A DNA stretch of 39,386 nt from a virus. Its lineage: Duplodnaviria; Heunggongvirae; Uroviricota; Caudoviricetes. Below the pieces are notes generated by a model. That model saw only the letters and a list, made by a program, of their open reading frames with translations. It did not search any database and was not told the origin of the DNA. Of the stretch, positions 27,855-37,299 are shown piece after piece. The stretch lies in IMG/VR virus record IMGVR_UViG_642979322_000008. One strand, 5' to 3'. Numbering within the stretch: the stretch's first letter is position 1; each line of letters starts with the position of its first letter. The position numbers and the translations under genes were made by a program.

Positions 27855-28962
27855 ACTGTATCTGGGCGGTGAGATTTTTTCCGGCTGGCTGACGGTGAGT
27901 GTTCGTCGCTCTCTTGAACATCTGGCGGGCTCCTTTGAACTGGGGGTAATGATGCCCGGTGTACGCCTTCCGTCATCCGTCCGTGCCGGTCAGTCTCTGG
28001 AATTGCGCATTGACGGTCAGCCTGTGATCACTGGCTGGCTGGATCAGGTCCGGCAGCGCATCAGCGCCACGCGTTTTCAGATCACGCTCAGCGGACGGGA
28101 TAAAACCGGTGACCTGGTGGACTGTTCAGCCATTCATCCGGGCAGCCAGTGGAGGAACCGCACGCTGGAGCACATTGCTTCAGATTTGTGTGCTCCGTTC
28201 GGGGTCACGGTGCGCTGGCAGGTAAATGATGCAACGGCAGCCCGGCCCTTTTCCACCTTCACACTGGAAAACTCAGAAACCGTGGCAGATGCGCTGACAC
28301 GGGCCGCGAGACACAGAGGCGTCCTGGTAACCAGTAATGCCGCCGGTGAACTGGTTTTCACTCAGGCCGGCAGTCAGCGTGGCGACACGCTGACGCTGGG
28401 CGAAAATCTGCTGGATTTGGATCACAACGTGGATCACCGTCTGCGCCACAGTGAATACCGTGTACGGGGGCACGGGCGTGGTGGTGGTCATGCCGGGGAT
28501 GCACTGACAGCCGGAACGCTGGCCGCACCCGTTGGTACGGTGACAGACAGTGCCATCCACCGTTACAGACCGAAAATTGTGCTGGCGGATCATGCTGTTG
28601 ATGCAGACGGTGCACGCCAGAGGGCTGTCCGGGAAATGCGCCGGGCGGTTGCCCGCTCTGTGCGCCTGACAGCCACCGTGCGGCACTGGTTTCGGGAGAA
28701 CGGCCAGTTGTGGGATATCAACCTGCTGACGGCTGTCACGGCTCCCCGCACCGGAGTGGAAGAGCGTGATCTTCTTGTCTGTCAGGTGGAGTTTTCGCTG
28801 GATGCAAATCACGGCGAAACCACCCGTCTGATTCTGGCACCCCGTGACGGCTTTATTGTTCCGGCAGAGCCGGGAAACAGCGGAAGCGGAAATGCGGGTG
28901 ACGTGGACGCCTTCGTGCGGGCACAGATGAAAAAACAGGGGATTAAATTCAATGATGAATGA
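27838..28962 (+). CDS. baseplate hub protein (Mu P-like)
   Basis: GTG start after GGAGGTGA; 374 aa. Confidence 0.75.
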   Translation: MSSRVELYLGGEIFSGWLTVSVRRSLEHLAGSFELGVMMPGVRLPSSVRAGQSLELRIDGQPVITGWLDQVRQRISATRFQITLSGRDKTGDLVDCSAIHPGSQWRNRTLEHIASDLCAPFGVTVRWQVNDATAARPFSTFTLENSETVADALTRAARHRGVLVTSNAAGELVFTQAGSQRGDTLTLGENLLDLDHNVDHRLRHSEYRVRGHGRGGGHAGDALTAGTLAAPVGTVTDSAIHRYRPKIVLADHAVDADGARQRAVREMRRAVARSVRLTATVRHWFRENGQLWDINLLTAVTAPRTGVEERDLLVCQVEFSLDANHGETTRLILAPRDGFIVPAEPGNSGSGNAGDVDAFVRAQMKKQGIKFNDE

Positions 28963-29566
28963 CGAAGTCATCAGCCGCCTTCTGGCCCCCGTGATGCGGG
29001 GTGTTCGTCTGCTGTTCGGGCGTGGTGTACTGACCGGCACAACGGACACGCTGAAAATCCAGAATGTGCAAATCACCGGTATGGATGGTGAAACCTTTGA
29101 TGACGTTGAACGCCCCCAGCAGTACGGGCAAATCAGCGTCCCCCTGCCTGGTGCGGAAGTTTTTCTGGCCTGTGCTGGCGGACAACGGGATCAGGCCGTG
29201 GTGCTTGTGGTGGAAGACCGCCGCAGTCGCCCGACCGGACTTACCGCCGGAGATACCGGCGTGTATCACCATGAGGGGCACCGTATACGTCTGACAAAGA
29301 ACGGCCGGATCATTGTGACCTGTAAGACGCTGGAGATTTACGCCGATGAAGGTGTTCAGGTGGATACACCGGAGGCTCACTTTACCGGTAATGTCACAGT
29401 GGATAAGAACCTGCATGTCAAAGGCAATGTGTCCATTGACGGCACCGGAAGATCACAGGGGACGTTCACGATGTCCGAAGCGGTTATTGCCGGGATCACC
29501 TATTCAGGTCATGTGCATCACGATAACGGTGAAGGCAGCAAAACGGGAGGACCAGAGAATGGCTGA
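28952..29566 (+). CDS. baseplate assembly/spike protein (Mu gp45-like)
   Basis: 204-aa ORF. Confidence 0.7.
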   Translation: MMNDEVISRLLAPVMRGVRLLFGRGVLTGTTDTLKIQNVQITGMDGETFDDVERPQQYGQISVPLPGAEVFLACAGGQRDQAVVLVVEDRRSRPTGLTAGDTGVYHHEGHRIRLTKNGRIIVTCKTLEIYADEGVQVDTPEAHFTGNVTVDKNLHVKGNVSIDGTGRSQGTFTMSEAVIAGITYSGHVHHDNGEGSKTGGPENG

Positions 29567-29996
29567 TATTGCTGTCGTCTGGGATCAGGGTTGCGGTTCC
29601 CTGCAACTGAACGGCGCAGATCTTCTGACGGATAACAGCCTGCTGACTGCGGTCATTATTTCACTGTTTACGGACAGGCGGGCGCTGGATTCCGATGAAA
29701 TCCCTGACGGCACCCGTGACCGTCGGGGATGGTGGGGAGACAGTTTCCGGGAGCGCCCCGTTGGCTCCCGTCTCTGGCTGTTAAGCCGTGAAAAGACGCT
29801 GTCCTCCGTGGTCAGCCGTGCACAGGCCTATGCTGATGAAGCGCTGGCGTGGCTGCATAAAAGCGGTGCTGCCACATCCGTGGTATGTCATGCCATGCGT
29901 GTGGGGCATGCTCGCCTTTCGCTTTCCGTGAAAATCACCCTGCCGGACGGAAGCAGACATCCGATGATTTTTTATGCTGATATGAAGGGGGAATGA
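29559..29996 (+). CDS. baseplate protein, GP46-like
   Basis: Internal ATG at 29559 (MADIAVVWDQ...) chosen; upstream part of the track ORF overlaps the preceding gene. Confidence 0.65.
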   Translation: MADIAVVWDQGCGSLQLNGADLLTDNSLLTAVIISLFTDRRALDSDEIPDGTRDRRGWWGDSFRERPVGSRLWLLSREKTLSSVVSRAQAYADEALAWLHKSGAATSVVCHAMRVGHARLSLSVKITLPDGSRHPMIFYADMKGE

Positions 29997-31078
29997 TGCC
30001 TTATCAGCCCTTACCACTGGCGCAACTGATCACACAGACACAACAGGATATCAGCCAGCGCCTGCCCGGTTCGCAGCCGGGCGTGAATGAAACCACCCTG
30101 AATGCCATTGCGTATGCACTGGCGGGTCTGTCAGCACAGGAGCATGAACATCTGGCCTGGATCTCCCGGCAGATAATTCCGACAGAAGCTGATGAAGCCG
30201 AACTCCTGAAACACTGCGCATTCTGGGGTGTCATCCGTAAACCGGCTTCCCGCGCTGACGGACCGGTACAACTGATGCTGACCACGGATGCAGGGATCAC
30301 GGAAGGCGTACTCCTTCAGCGAAGCGATGGGGTTGTGTACCGCATCACCGGCTCTGCGACCGGAAAAGCCGGAACACTGAATGTTAATGTGGAGGCGGAA
30401 AGTGCGGGGCGCGCTGGAAATACCCCGACCGGAACCCGCCTGTCCTTTATCACGCCACAGGCGGGCATCAACCAGACAGCCACGGTCACCGGCACGGGAC
30501 TCACCGGTGGTGCGGATGTGGAAACGGTGCCGGAGTTGCTGTCCAGGCTGGTATTCCGGGTACAGAACCCGCCATCAGGGGGAACACAGTATGATTTTGA
30601 ACGCTGGGCACGGGAAGTACCGGGCGTGACGCGGGCATGGTGTAAGCCTGAATGGCCTGAGGCGGGTAGTGTTGGTGTGACTTTTGTTCAGGATAATAAC
30701 CCTGACATTTTCCCCGGAGAAGGTGATGTGAAGCGGGTGGCGGATTATATCCGCAGTCATGATGATCCGGCGACGGGCCAGCCCGTTGGTCAGCCACTTG
30801 GGCCGACAATCAGCGTGTTTAAGCTGACCAATAAGCCGGTGGCGTTTGAGATCAGGATTGTACCCAAAACGCCGGAAAATCAGGCTGCCGTAAAACAGGC
30901 ATTAACAGACCTGCTTTATAACGAATCGCGGCCGGGTGGACTTGTATTGCCTTCATCATTCTGGCGGGCTGTTGCAGGGGTGAAAGGACTGGAGGATTTT
31001 GAAGTTCGCAGCCCGCTGAAGTCCGTGATGGCCGGAGATACAGAGTTGCTGACCGTGGGGGAAATCACATGGCTGTAA
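29993..31078 (+). CDS. baseplate J-like protein (Mu gp47-like)
   Basis: 361-aa ORF, start overlapping upstream stop. Confidence 0.75.
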   Translation: MMPYQPLPLAQLITQTQQDISQRLPGSQPGVNETTLNAIAYALAGLSAQEHEHLAWISRQIIPTEADEAELLKHCAFWGVIRKPASRADGPVQLMLTTDAGITEGVLLQRSDGVVYRITGSATGKAGTLNVNVEAESAGRAGNTPTGTRLSFITPQAGINQTATVTGTGLTGGADVETVPELLSRLVFRVQNPPSGGTQYDFERWAREVPGVTRAWCKPEWPEAGSVGVTFVQDNNPDIFPGEGDVKRVADYIRSHDDPATGQPVGQPLGPTISVFKLTNKPVAFEIRIVPKTPENQAAVKQALTDLLYNESRPGGLVLPSSFWRAVAGVKGLEDFEVRSPLKSVMAGDTELLTVGEITWL

Positions 31079-31629
31079 CCCTGACCCCGCATCAGCGTGC
31101 CCTGTTGCAGTTGCTGCCTGACGGGCTGGCATGGGATAAGCGGCCGTCATCCGTTCTTGCGGCTTTGTGCCTGGGCCTCAGTCATTCCACGGAGCGTGTT
31201 TCCTGGACCGGTAACCAGATGCTGGCAGAACGTTTTCCTGATTCATCCCGTCTGCTGCTGGAAGACTGGGAGCGTTATCTGGGGTTACCGGAATGTGATA
31301 TGACCGGCGCAACCATTCAGGAGCGTCAGCGTTATGCCGGGAATAAATACCGGATGAAACCCTCTCTTAACCGTGAATTTTATATCCGGTTTGCGGCAGA
31401 GTTTGGTTATGAAATAGATATTCAGCCATCACCGGATTCACAGTGGGTCAGTATTGTCACGATTAACAGTGAAACCGGCTACCGGAATATGAATGTGCTG
31501 GATGATATTCTCACGCCGCTGCGTATTTATGAAGGCGGTGCGCTGGAATGTATTCTGAACCGTTATAAGCCTGCATGGCAGACGTTTATTTACGTATATG
31601 CAAACAGTCACGAAGAGGAGAATATTTAA
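31069..31629 (+). CDS. tail protein (Mu gp48-like)
   Basis: 186-aa ORF. Confidence 0.65.
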   Translation: MAVTLTPHQRALLQLLPDGLAWDKRPSSVLAALCLGLSHSTERVSWTGNQMLAERFPDSSRLLLEDWERYLGLPECDMTGATIQERQRYAGNKYRMKPSLNREFYIRFAAEFGYEIDIQPSPDSQWVSIVTINSETGYRNMNVLDDILTPLRIYEGGALECILNRYKPAWQTFIYVYANSHEEENI

Positions 31630-32540
31630 TGTTCCATGTTGATAATAATTCCGGCGTGGCGAATATGCCTGCGCTGGCACCGGCGCAGAGTAATACCACC
31701 ACCTGGTTTACCGAAGGTGACGGACAAAAAGGTATCAGCTGGATTGGTCAGGACTGGCTGAATATTCTCCAGGCCGAACTGCTGAATATTCTGGCTGAAG
31801 CCAGTATTCAGCCGGATAAGGCGCAGTTAAACCAGCTTACGCTGTCCATTAAAGCCATTATCGCTGCGAATGCCTTTTCCCGGAAAAACAACCTGAAAGA
31901 AATTGCTGATGCCGGTGCGGAAGCCCAGCGTCTTGCCCGTGGTTATCTTGGTCTTGGGGCGCTTGCCACAAAAAACAGTCTTGGTCCCGGTGACGTTAAT
32001 GCTCTGGCGAAGGATCAGAACCTTGCCGACCTGGAGAATGCGGGAACCGCCCGTAATAATCTGGATGTTTACAGCAAAAGCGAAGGTGATAACCGTTACC
32101 TGCGCAGGGAGCAGAACGGCGCAGACATTCCGGATAAAGGCGCTTTTATCGATAACGTTGGTTTACGGGAAACGGTAAATAAGGCTGCTGATGCCCTGCC
32201 ATCGGGTGGAACCGCCGTGGCAGCAAACAGACTCGCCACCCCAAGAAATATTAATGGTGTTCCTTTTGACGGAACGCTGGATATCAACATCACGTCAGGA
32301 ATGACGCAGTCAACCGCAGATGGCCGGTATGTACAGAATGTTCAGCTTGGAGCACAGAGCTATCATTCACCCGGAGGCAATGAAATGTCATGGAATTACA
32401 GCGCACCTTCCGGTTGTATGCTTTCCGGAATTAACGTGCAGGAAACCGGCTCCCGGTCTGCGGACAATATCGGTGGGGTCTATTATCGCCCGGTTCAGAT
32501 TTATATTAATAATGCCTGGAGAACGGTAAGTTCAGTGTAA
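31629..32540 (+). CDS. tail fibre protein; constant N-terminal part plus variable C-terminal part inside the invertible segment
   Basis: ATG 31629 (MFHVDNNSG...); the C-terminal ~125 aa lie downstream of the left crossover site and have a diverged inverted copy on the minus strand. Confidence 0.8.
   Translation: MFHVDNNSGVANMPALAPAQSNTTTWFTEGDGQKGISWIGQDWLNILQAELLNILAEASIQPDKAQLNQLTLSIKAIIAANAFSRKNNLKEIADAGAEAQRLARGYLGLGALATKNSLGPGDVNALAKDQNLADLENAGTARNNLDVYSKSEGDNRYLRREQNGADIPDKGAFIDNVGLRETVNKAADALPSGGTAVAANRLATPRNINGVPFDGTLDINITSGMTQSTADGRYVQNVQLGAQSYHSPGGNEMSWNYSAPSGCMLSGINVQETGSRSADNIGGVYYRPVQIYINNAWRTVSSV
32146..32171. repeat. left invertase crossover site (gix-like)
   Basis: TTATCGATAACGTTGGTTTACGGGAA; inverted partner at 33521-33546; shares GGTTTAC(A/G)GGAA core with Mu gix as recalled. 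Confidence 0.55.
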
Positions 32541-32574
32541 ACCACAGAAAAGGGTGCTGAATGCACCCTCTGAA

Positions 32575-33096
32575 TTATTCCGGTTTTTCCGGCCAGGGAA
32601 TCGCCTGGTAATGCCCCTCACTGGCAATATCATTAAAGTGCATTTCTTTAAGCTGTCGGATATACGCCATCCAGCGCGTCAGCTGTAATTTATTTTCATC
32701 GCTAATCATGTCCAGTTTTAATTCCGTTTTCCAGTCATCCACAGTTTCGTTGGCTTCCTGGAGCAGCGATGAGCGGCGCTTTTCAGCAACCGTCTTCCAG
32801 TTTACCGGCACCTTTGATATCAGGCCATCAGAAAACTGCCAGTTACCGTCAATATTCACACCTTCCGGCAGTTCGTCCACTTCAACAACAGTAAAACCTG
32901 CCGGATATAAAGCAGAGACATCTTCAGCAACAGAGCAGATAATACCCGTTACAGGCGAAATACAGAGTTTGTATTTCTTTGTGAAAAGCGGGATAGATTC
33001 ATAAAAATCCCTTCCGTCCTCACTCTGGAAATACTGAACATCCTCACCATAGGGTTTGTGTTCCGGGTAATATCGTTTTACGTTAATAAGCTCCAT
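32575..33096 (-). CDS. tail fibre assembly protein (Mu U/U'-like)
   Basis: ATG at 33096 preceded by AAGGTGA; 173 aa; inside the invertible segment. Confidence 0.7.
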   Translation of the reverse strand: MELINVKRYYPEHKPYGEDVQYFQSEDGRDFYESIPLFTKKYKLCISPVTGIICSVAEDVSALYPAGFTVVEVDELPEGVNIDGNWQFSDGLISKVPVNWKTVAEKRRSSLLQEANETVDDWKTELKLDMISDENKLQLTRWMAYIRQLKEMHFNDIASEGHYQAIPWPEKPE

Positions 33097-33175
33097 TATT
33101 TCACCTTGTTTTTGTTGAAAAGACAAAATCATCATATATTTATTCAGATAATCTGTTTTTTGAACTACTGCACTT

Positions 33176-33520
33176 TTATGCGCTGGAAGCTGTTTTCCAC
33201 GAACCATCTATCAGAAACTGAACAGGTCGATAATATGCGGTTACCGTTGCATTACCATCACCAGCGACATCAAGCCCTGTAAGTACGCATCCGTCAGGAA
33301 CCTCAAAAATATTATATTGCATTCCAATCGTTGACCTTGAACCTCTTCGAATGCTTTGAACATAACGTGAGTCAGCCACAGACTGCGTCATCCCCGATGT
33401 AATATTTATATCCTGCGTTCCGTCAAATGGGACACCATTAATATTTCTTGGAGTGGCGAGTTTATTCGCTGCAACAGCCGCTCCGTTCGATGGCAGGGCA
33501 TTCGCGGCCCTGTTTACAGT
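33176..33520 (-). CDS. alternative tail-fibre C-terminal cassette (Sv'-like), start-less
   Basis: Minus-strand frame reads GLRDTVNRAANALPSNGAAVAANKLATPRNINGVPFDGTQDINITSGMTQSVADSRYVQ..., a diverged copy of the forward tail-fibre C-terminal region; open up to the right crossover site. Confidence 0.6.
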   Translation of the reverse strand, partial: TVNRAANALPSNGAAVAANKLATPRNINGVPFDGTQDINITSGMTQSVADSRYVQSIRRGSRSTIGMQYNIFEVPDGCVLTGLDVAGDGNATVTAYYRPVQFLIDGSWKTASSA

Positions 33521-33546
33521 ATCCCGTAAACCGAAGGTTTCAGGGA
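33521..33546. repeat. right invertase crossover site (gix-like), inverted relative to 32146-32171
   Basis: ATCCCGTAAACCGAAGGTTTCAGGGA; reverse complement carries CGGTTTACGGGA as at the left site. Confidence 0.55.
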
Positions 33547-33601
33547 TGCCGTATATCTGCTTTAAAAGGCCTTTCCACCTCTTTTTAAGGAAGGTAAATA
33601 C

Positions 33602-34162
33602 ATGCTGATTGGCTATATACGCGTATCAACAAATGACCAGAACACAGGTTTACAAAGAAATGCGCTGGAATGTGCAGGATGTGAGCAGATTTTTGAAGAT
33701 AAAATGAGTGGTAAAACGACACAGCGGCCGGGACTGAAGCGGGCACTGAAGAAACTAAAACCCGGTGACACACTGATGGTCTGGAAACTGGACAGGCTGG
33801 GGCGCAGTATGCGCCACCTTGTTGCGCTGACAGATGAATTACAGCAACAGGGGATAAATTTTCGTAGTCTTACTGACAACATTGATACGTCAACCCCCAT
33901 GGGGCGCTTCTTTTTTCACATAATGGGTGCGCTGGCAGAAATGGAGCGTGAATTAATTGTCGAACGGACACGGGCTGGTCTTGCAGCTGCCCGTGAAAGG
34001 GGACGAACCGGCGGCAGACCCCGTCGTCTCACGCAGGAACAATACGAGCAGGTCGGGCGTTTACTGGCCGGGGGTGTCAGTCGAAGACAGGTGGCACTTA
34101 TTTTTGATATCGGCCTTTCAACCCTTTATCGTTATTATCCTGCGAGCGTTTCGGAAAAATAA
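33602..34162 (+). CDS. gin: serine-recombinase DNA invertase (Gin/Pin/Cin/Hin family)
   Basis: 186 aa; MLIGYIRVSTNDQ with catalytic Ser, RSLTDxIDTSxPMGRFFFHxMGALAEMERELIxERT and C-terminal HTH match Mu Gin almost throughout, as recalled. Confidence 0.93.
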   Translation: MLIGYIRVSTNDQNTGLQRNALECAGCEQIFEDKMSGKTTQRPGLKRALKKLKPGDTLMVWKLDRLGRSMRHLVALTDELQQQGINFRSLTDNIDTSTPMGRFFFHIMGALAEMERELIVERTRAGLAAARERGRTGGRPRRLTQEQYEQVGRLLAGGVSRRQVALIFDIGLSTLYRYYPASVSEK

Positions 34163-34261
34163 GACGCTCTCTTTGTTGGGCCTTTACTGAATTAACGCAA
34201 AATGGCGTTTATCGGTCTGTGGATATGATAATTCAGTTTATTCAGGAACAGGCTGATTATT

Positions 34262-36301
34262 ATGACGTCCAAATGGGTTCAACTATCATCAATGCCCGGA
34301 AACTTTACTGTTAAAGTTTCCGGTGGTACAGCGGCATTTCTTGAGGCTCCCTTTCCTCCGGCCGAAACAAAAGGAGGAATGACATTTGCTGACTGTCTCA
34401 TCAGTTTTAATACACGGGATTGCCTGTGGGTAAGGCCAGTATCCGGTGATCCGAGTGTGGAAATTACCGGAGCGGGTATTGGTGCGGTCATTCCGTTAAG
34501 TGCTGATGTTGCCGGTACTGCTGAACCGTCAGACTGGGATAATGCTGAAACACATACCCGTCCGTCAGGAAATGAAACTGCTTCCAGCTCCCCTTCCTGG
34601 TATTACGTGGTGGTTCTTGCTGGTCAGTCAAACGGTATGGCTTACGGTGAAGGTCTGCCACTGCCGGAGACATATGACCGCCCCGAACCGCGTATTATGC
34701 AGTTAGCCCGTCGCAGTACAGTCACGCCGGGAGGTAAAGCCTGTCAGTATAACGACATCATTCTGGCCGACCACTGTCTGCATGATGTGCAGGATATGAG
34801 TGGAAAAAATCACCCGAAAGCGGATGTGGCTAAAGGGCAATATGGCACCGTGGGTCAGGGGCTTCACATTGCCAAAAAACTGCTGCCGTTTATTCCGGCA
34901 GATGCGGGGATTCTGCTGGTTCCCTGCTGCCGTGGTGGTTCTGCATTCACGGCGGGTGCTGACGGCACGTACAGTGACAGCACGGGTGCTTCAGAGGACT
35001 CAGCCCGCTGGGGTGTGGATAAGCCGCTGTATAAGGACTTAATCAGCCGGACAAAAGCGGCACTGGCGAAGAACCCGAAAAACCGCCTGCTTGCTGTGGT
35101 GTGGATGCAGGGCGAGTTTGATATTGATGCGAAGCCGACGGAGCATTCCGCGCTGTTTCTGGCGATGGTGGAAAAATTCCGCGCAGACCTGGCTGAACAG
35201 GCGGAACAGTGTACCGGTGGCAGTGCTGCTGGCGTTCCGTGGATTTGTGGCGATACCACGTATTTCTGGAAACAGAAAAATGAACCGGCATACCAGGCAA
35301 TCTATGGCGGCTACAAAAACAAAACAGATAAAAACATTCATTTCGTTCCATTAATGACAGATGAAAATGACGCGAATGTACCCACCAACAATCCGGCAGA
35401 AGACCCGGATATTGAATCCATTGGTTATTACGGCTCAACGTGGCGTAACAGTGCCGCCACCTGGACATCTGCGGACCGGGCCAGCCATTTCAGTTCATGG
35501 GCACGTCGTGGGATTATTTCCGACCGTCTGGCCACGGCAGTTCTGACTCATGCGGGGCGAACCACAGTAAAAGCCGATGTTCCATCTTCTGAAACTGAAG
35601 CACCAGTGCCGTCACCTTCAGAAACTGAAGCAGTAACCACAACACTGCTGTCTTATCGTGTCAGTGAGTCAGAAGGAAATCTGAAAGCCCAGGGCTGGGA
35701 GCCGGCTGGCGGTAAAGCTGAAATTATCAGTGATGCAGGAGGCACAGGTGGTAAGGCAATGAAACTGACCAAGGAAACAGGTAAATCATCCTGGTATCTG
35801 GATCATGATGCCGGTACTGGTGCTGAACTGCTGAAAAATGGTGGTTTAATCAGTTGTCGTTTTAAAGTACCTGGCGACCTGGTGGCAAACCAGTATGTCA
35901 TGGGGCTTTACTGGCCGGTTTCCTCTCTGCCGCAGGGTGTCACCCTGACAGGGGATGCAGGGAATAATCTGCTGGCATCGTTCTACATCCAGACAGACGC
36001 AAAAGACCTGAATGTGATGTACCACAATGCAAAAGTGGCAACAAATAACCAGAAACTGGGAACCTTTGGTGCATTTGATAATGAATGGCATACGCTGGCC
36101 TTCCGTTTTGCAGGAAATAACAGCCTTCAGGTTATTCCGGTTATTGATGGTCAGGATGGTGCCGCGTTTACCCTGACGCAGTCACCAGTAGGAACTTTCC
36201 CGGTGGACAAACTCCGCGTAACGGATATCACAAAAAATGCAACTTACCCGGTGCTGATTGACAGCATTGTGGTGGAAGTGAAAAAAGCGGTAACAGAATA
36301 A
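34262..36301 (+). CDS. SGNH/SASA-family carbohydrate O-acetylesterase-like protein (prophage NanS-p-like) with additional N- and C-terminal domains
   Basis: 679 aa; GQSN motif (VVVLAGQSNGMAYGEG) typical of sialate O-acetylesterase-type SGNH hydrolases; Ser/Thr/Pro/Glu linker (SETEAPVPSPSETEA) before a C-terminal beta-rich domain. Confidence 0.55.
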   Translation: MTSKWVQLSSMPGNFTVKVSGGTAAFLEAPFPPAETKGGMTFADCLISFNTRDCLWVRPVSGDPSVEITGAGIGAVIPLSADVAGTAEPSDWDNAETHTRPSGNETASSSPSWYYVVVLAGQSNGMAYGEGLPLPETYDRPEPRIMQLARRSTVTPGGKACQYNDIILADHCLHDVQDMSGKNHPKADVAKGQYGTVGQGLHIAKKLLPFIPADAGILLVPCCRGGSAFTAGADGTYSDSTGASEDSARWGVDKPLYKDLISRTKAALAKNPKNRLLAVVWMQGEFDIDAKPTEHSALFLAMVEKFRADLAEQAEQCTGGSAAGVPWICGDTTYFWKQKNEPAYQAIYGGYKNKTDKNIHFVPLMTDENDANVPTNNPAEDPDIESIGYYGSTWRNSAATWTSADRASHFSSWARRGIISDRLATAVLTHAGRTTVKADVPSSETEAPVPSPSETEAVTTTLLSYRVSESEGNLKAQGWEPAGGKAEIISDAGGTGGKAMKLTKETGKSSWYLDHDAGTGAELLKNGGLISCRFKVPGDLVANQYVMGLYWPVSSLPQGVTLTGDAGNNLLASFYIQTDAKDLNVMYHNAKVATNNQKLGTFGAFDNEWHTLAFRFAGNNSLQVIPVIDGQDGAAFTLTQSPVGTFPVDKLRVTDITKNATYPVLIDSIVVEVKKAVTE

Positions 36302-36307
36302 AAAAAT

Positions 36308-36334
36308 CCCGCCGGTCATGATATGGCTGGCGGG
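36308..36334 (-). terminator. GC-rich hairpin after the esterase gene with U-tract on the minus-strand side
   Basis: Stem CCCGCCGG / CTGGCGGG; A7 precedes it on the plus strand, which gives T7 after it on the minus strand. Confidence 0.35.
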
Positions 36335-36447
36335 AGCTACCTAACCCATAAAGGAAAATAAAAATACTCCCGAAGGAGTGGTTATCAGTCGCTTCGATGT
36401 TTTTACCCGATAACGAATTATGTAGTCAATATCAAAGGTAAGGTTAT

Positions 36448-36630
36448 ATGACATTCGTTCATACAATGCTGCTTTATTTCTGCGCTGTGGTCAGTGCGTT
36501 ATATCTGGTGAGCGGTGGTTATAAGGTCATCAGAAATTATATTCGCCGTAAAATTGATGATGCGGCAGCTGAAAAACTCAGTAAAACAGCACAGGCACCG
36601 TCATCCCCAAACGACCCGACCCCGCTCTGA
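36448..36630 (+). CDS. small membrane protein (one TM helix)
   Basis: 60-aa ORF, RBS AAGGTAAGG; hydrophobic N-terminus MLLYFCAVVSALYLVSGG. Confidence 0.4.
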   Translation: MTFVHTMLLYFCAVVSALYLVSGGYKVIRNYIRRKIDDAAAEKLSKTAQAPSSPNDPTPL

Positions 36631-36665
36631 TAACGGGGCAATATACCTGCAAAAGGAGAATATTC

Positions 36666-36911
36666 ATGCCAGAGATTAAAGGCACGGTTACTGAAGAGCT
36701 TGTCAAACAGGCACTTTATTCTGAAGAAGTGAACCGCGTGCTGAAGGCGCAGGTTCGCAAGGATTTTGAGGCACAAATCGACGCATATGTTGATGAAGTG
36801 CTGGCCCGAATGGTTGGCCGTTCTCCGGCTGAAAACAGCACGGAAAATGATCCTCAACCCGTAGAGCAACCAGAGCCGGTTCAGCCCGGAACTGACGGTA
36901 CTATGATGTAA
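36666..36911 (+). CDS. hypothetical acidic small protein
   Basis: 81-aa ORF, RBS AAAGGAG 7 nt upstream of ATG. Confidence 0.45.
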   Translation: MPEIKGTVTEELVKQALYSEEVNRVLKAQVRKDFEAQIDAYVDEVLARMVGRSPAENSTENDPQPVEQPEPVQPGTDGTMM

Positions 36912-36920
36912 CAATACCGA

Positions 36921-36940
36921 CCGGCAGGTTTCCCTGCCGG
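36921..36940 (+). terminator. hairpin terminator candidate after small gene
   Basis: Stem CCGGCAGG / CCTGCCGG, loop TTTC, followed by GTGAGTTTGTT. Confidence 0.45.
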
Positions 36941-37229
36941 GTGAGTTTGTTAATGCACGTTTTGTGTATTTTCCCTCCTGGGAGAACAGGCAGGACATAT
37001 CAGCATCCTGAAACAGGAAGCATTTTTGGGTTTGTATGTCTTGCCATTTTGAGATCGAGAACGGCGATAGATGAGCTGTAAGGGAGTCTTACAGGCAGGG
37101 CAAACAGGCTCTTTCATCCATGATAAAGATCTCCTTTTTATGCATCTCTGCTTTACAGGAGACCGGGGAATATCATAGGATACGCCACGAGCTCGAAGTA
37201 AAGCATTGATGCAAGTTTTTACAGATTGA

Positions 37230-37262
37230 CCCAGCATAGTTCCAGCTATGCTGGGTTTCACT
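37230..37262 (+). terminator. rho-independent terminator
   Basis: Perfect 10-bp stem CCCAGCATAG / CTATGCTGGG with loop TTCCAG followed by TTTCACTTTT. Confidence 0.6.
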
Positions 37263-37299
37263 TTTATGTAGTATCCTGTTGATTTGAAACATACTACAT

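Noticed and set aside
28273-29416. Minus-strand ORFs of 267 and 155 aa
   Set aside because: Antisense to baseplate genes that are in a consistent overlapping plus-strand operon.
36537-36998. Minus-strand 153-aa ORF
   Set aside because: Antisense to the two small plus-strand genes that have good ribosome-binding sites, and spans a terminator hairpin.
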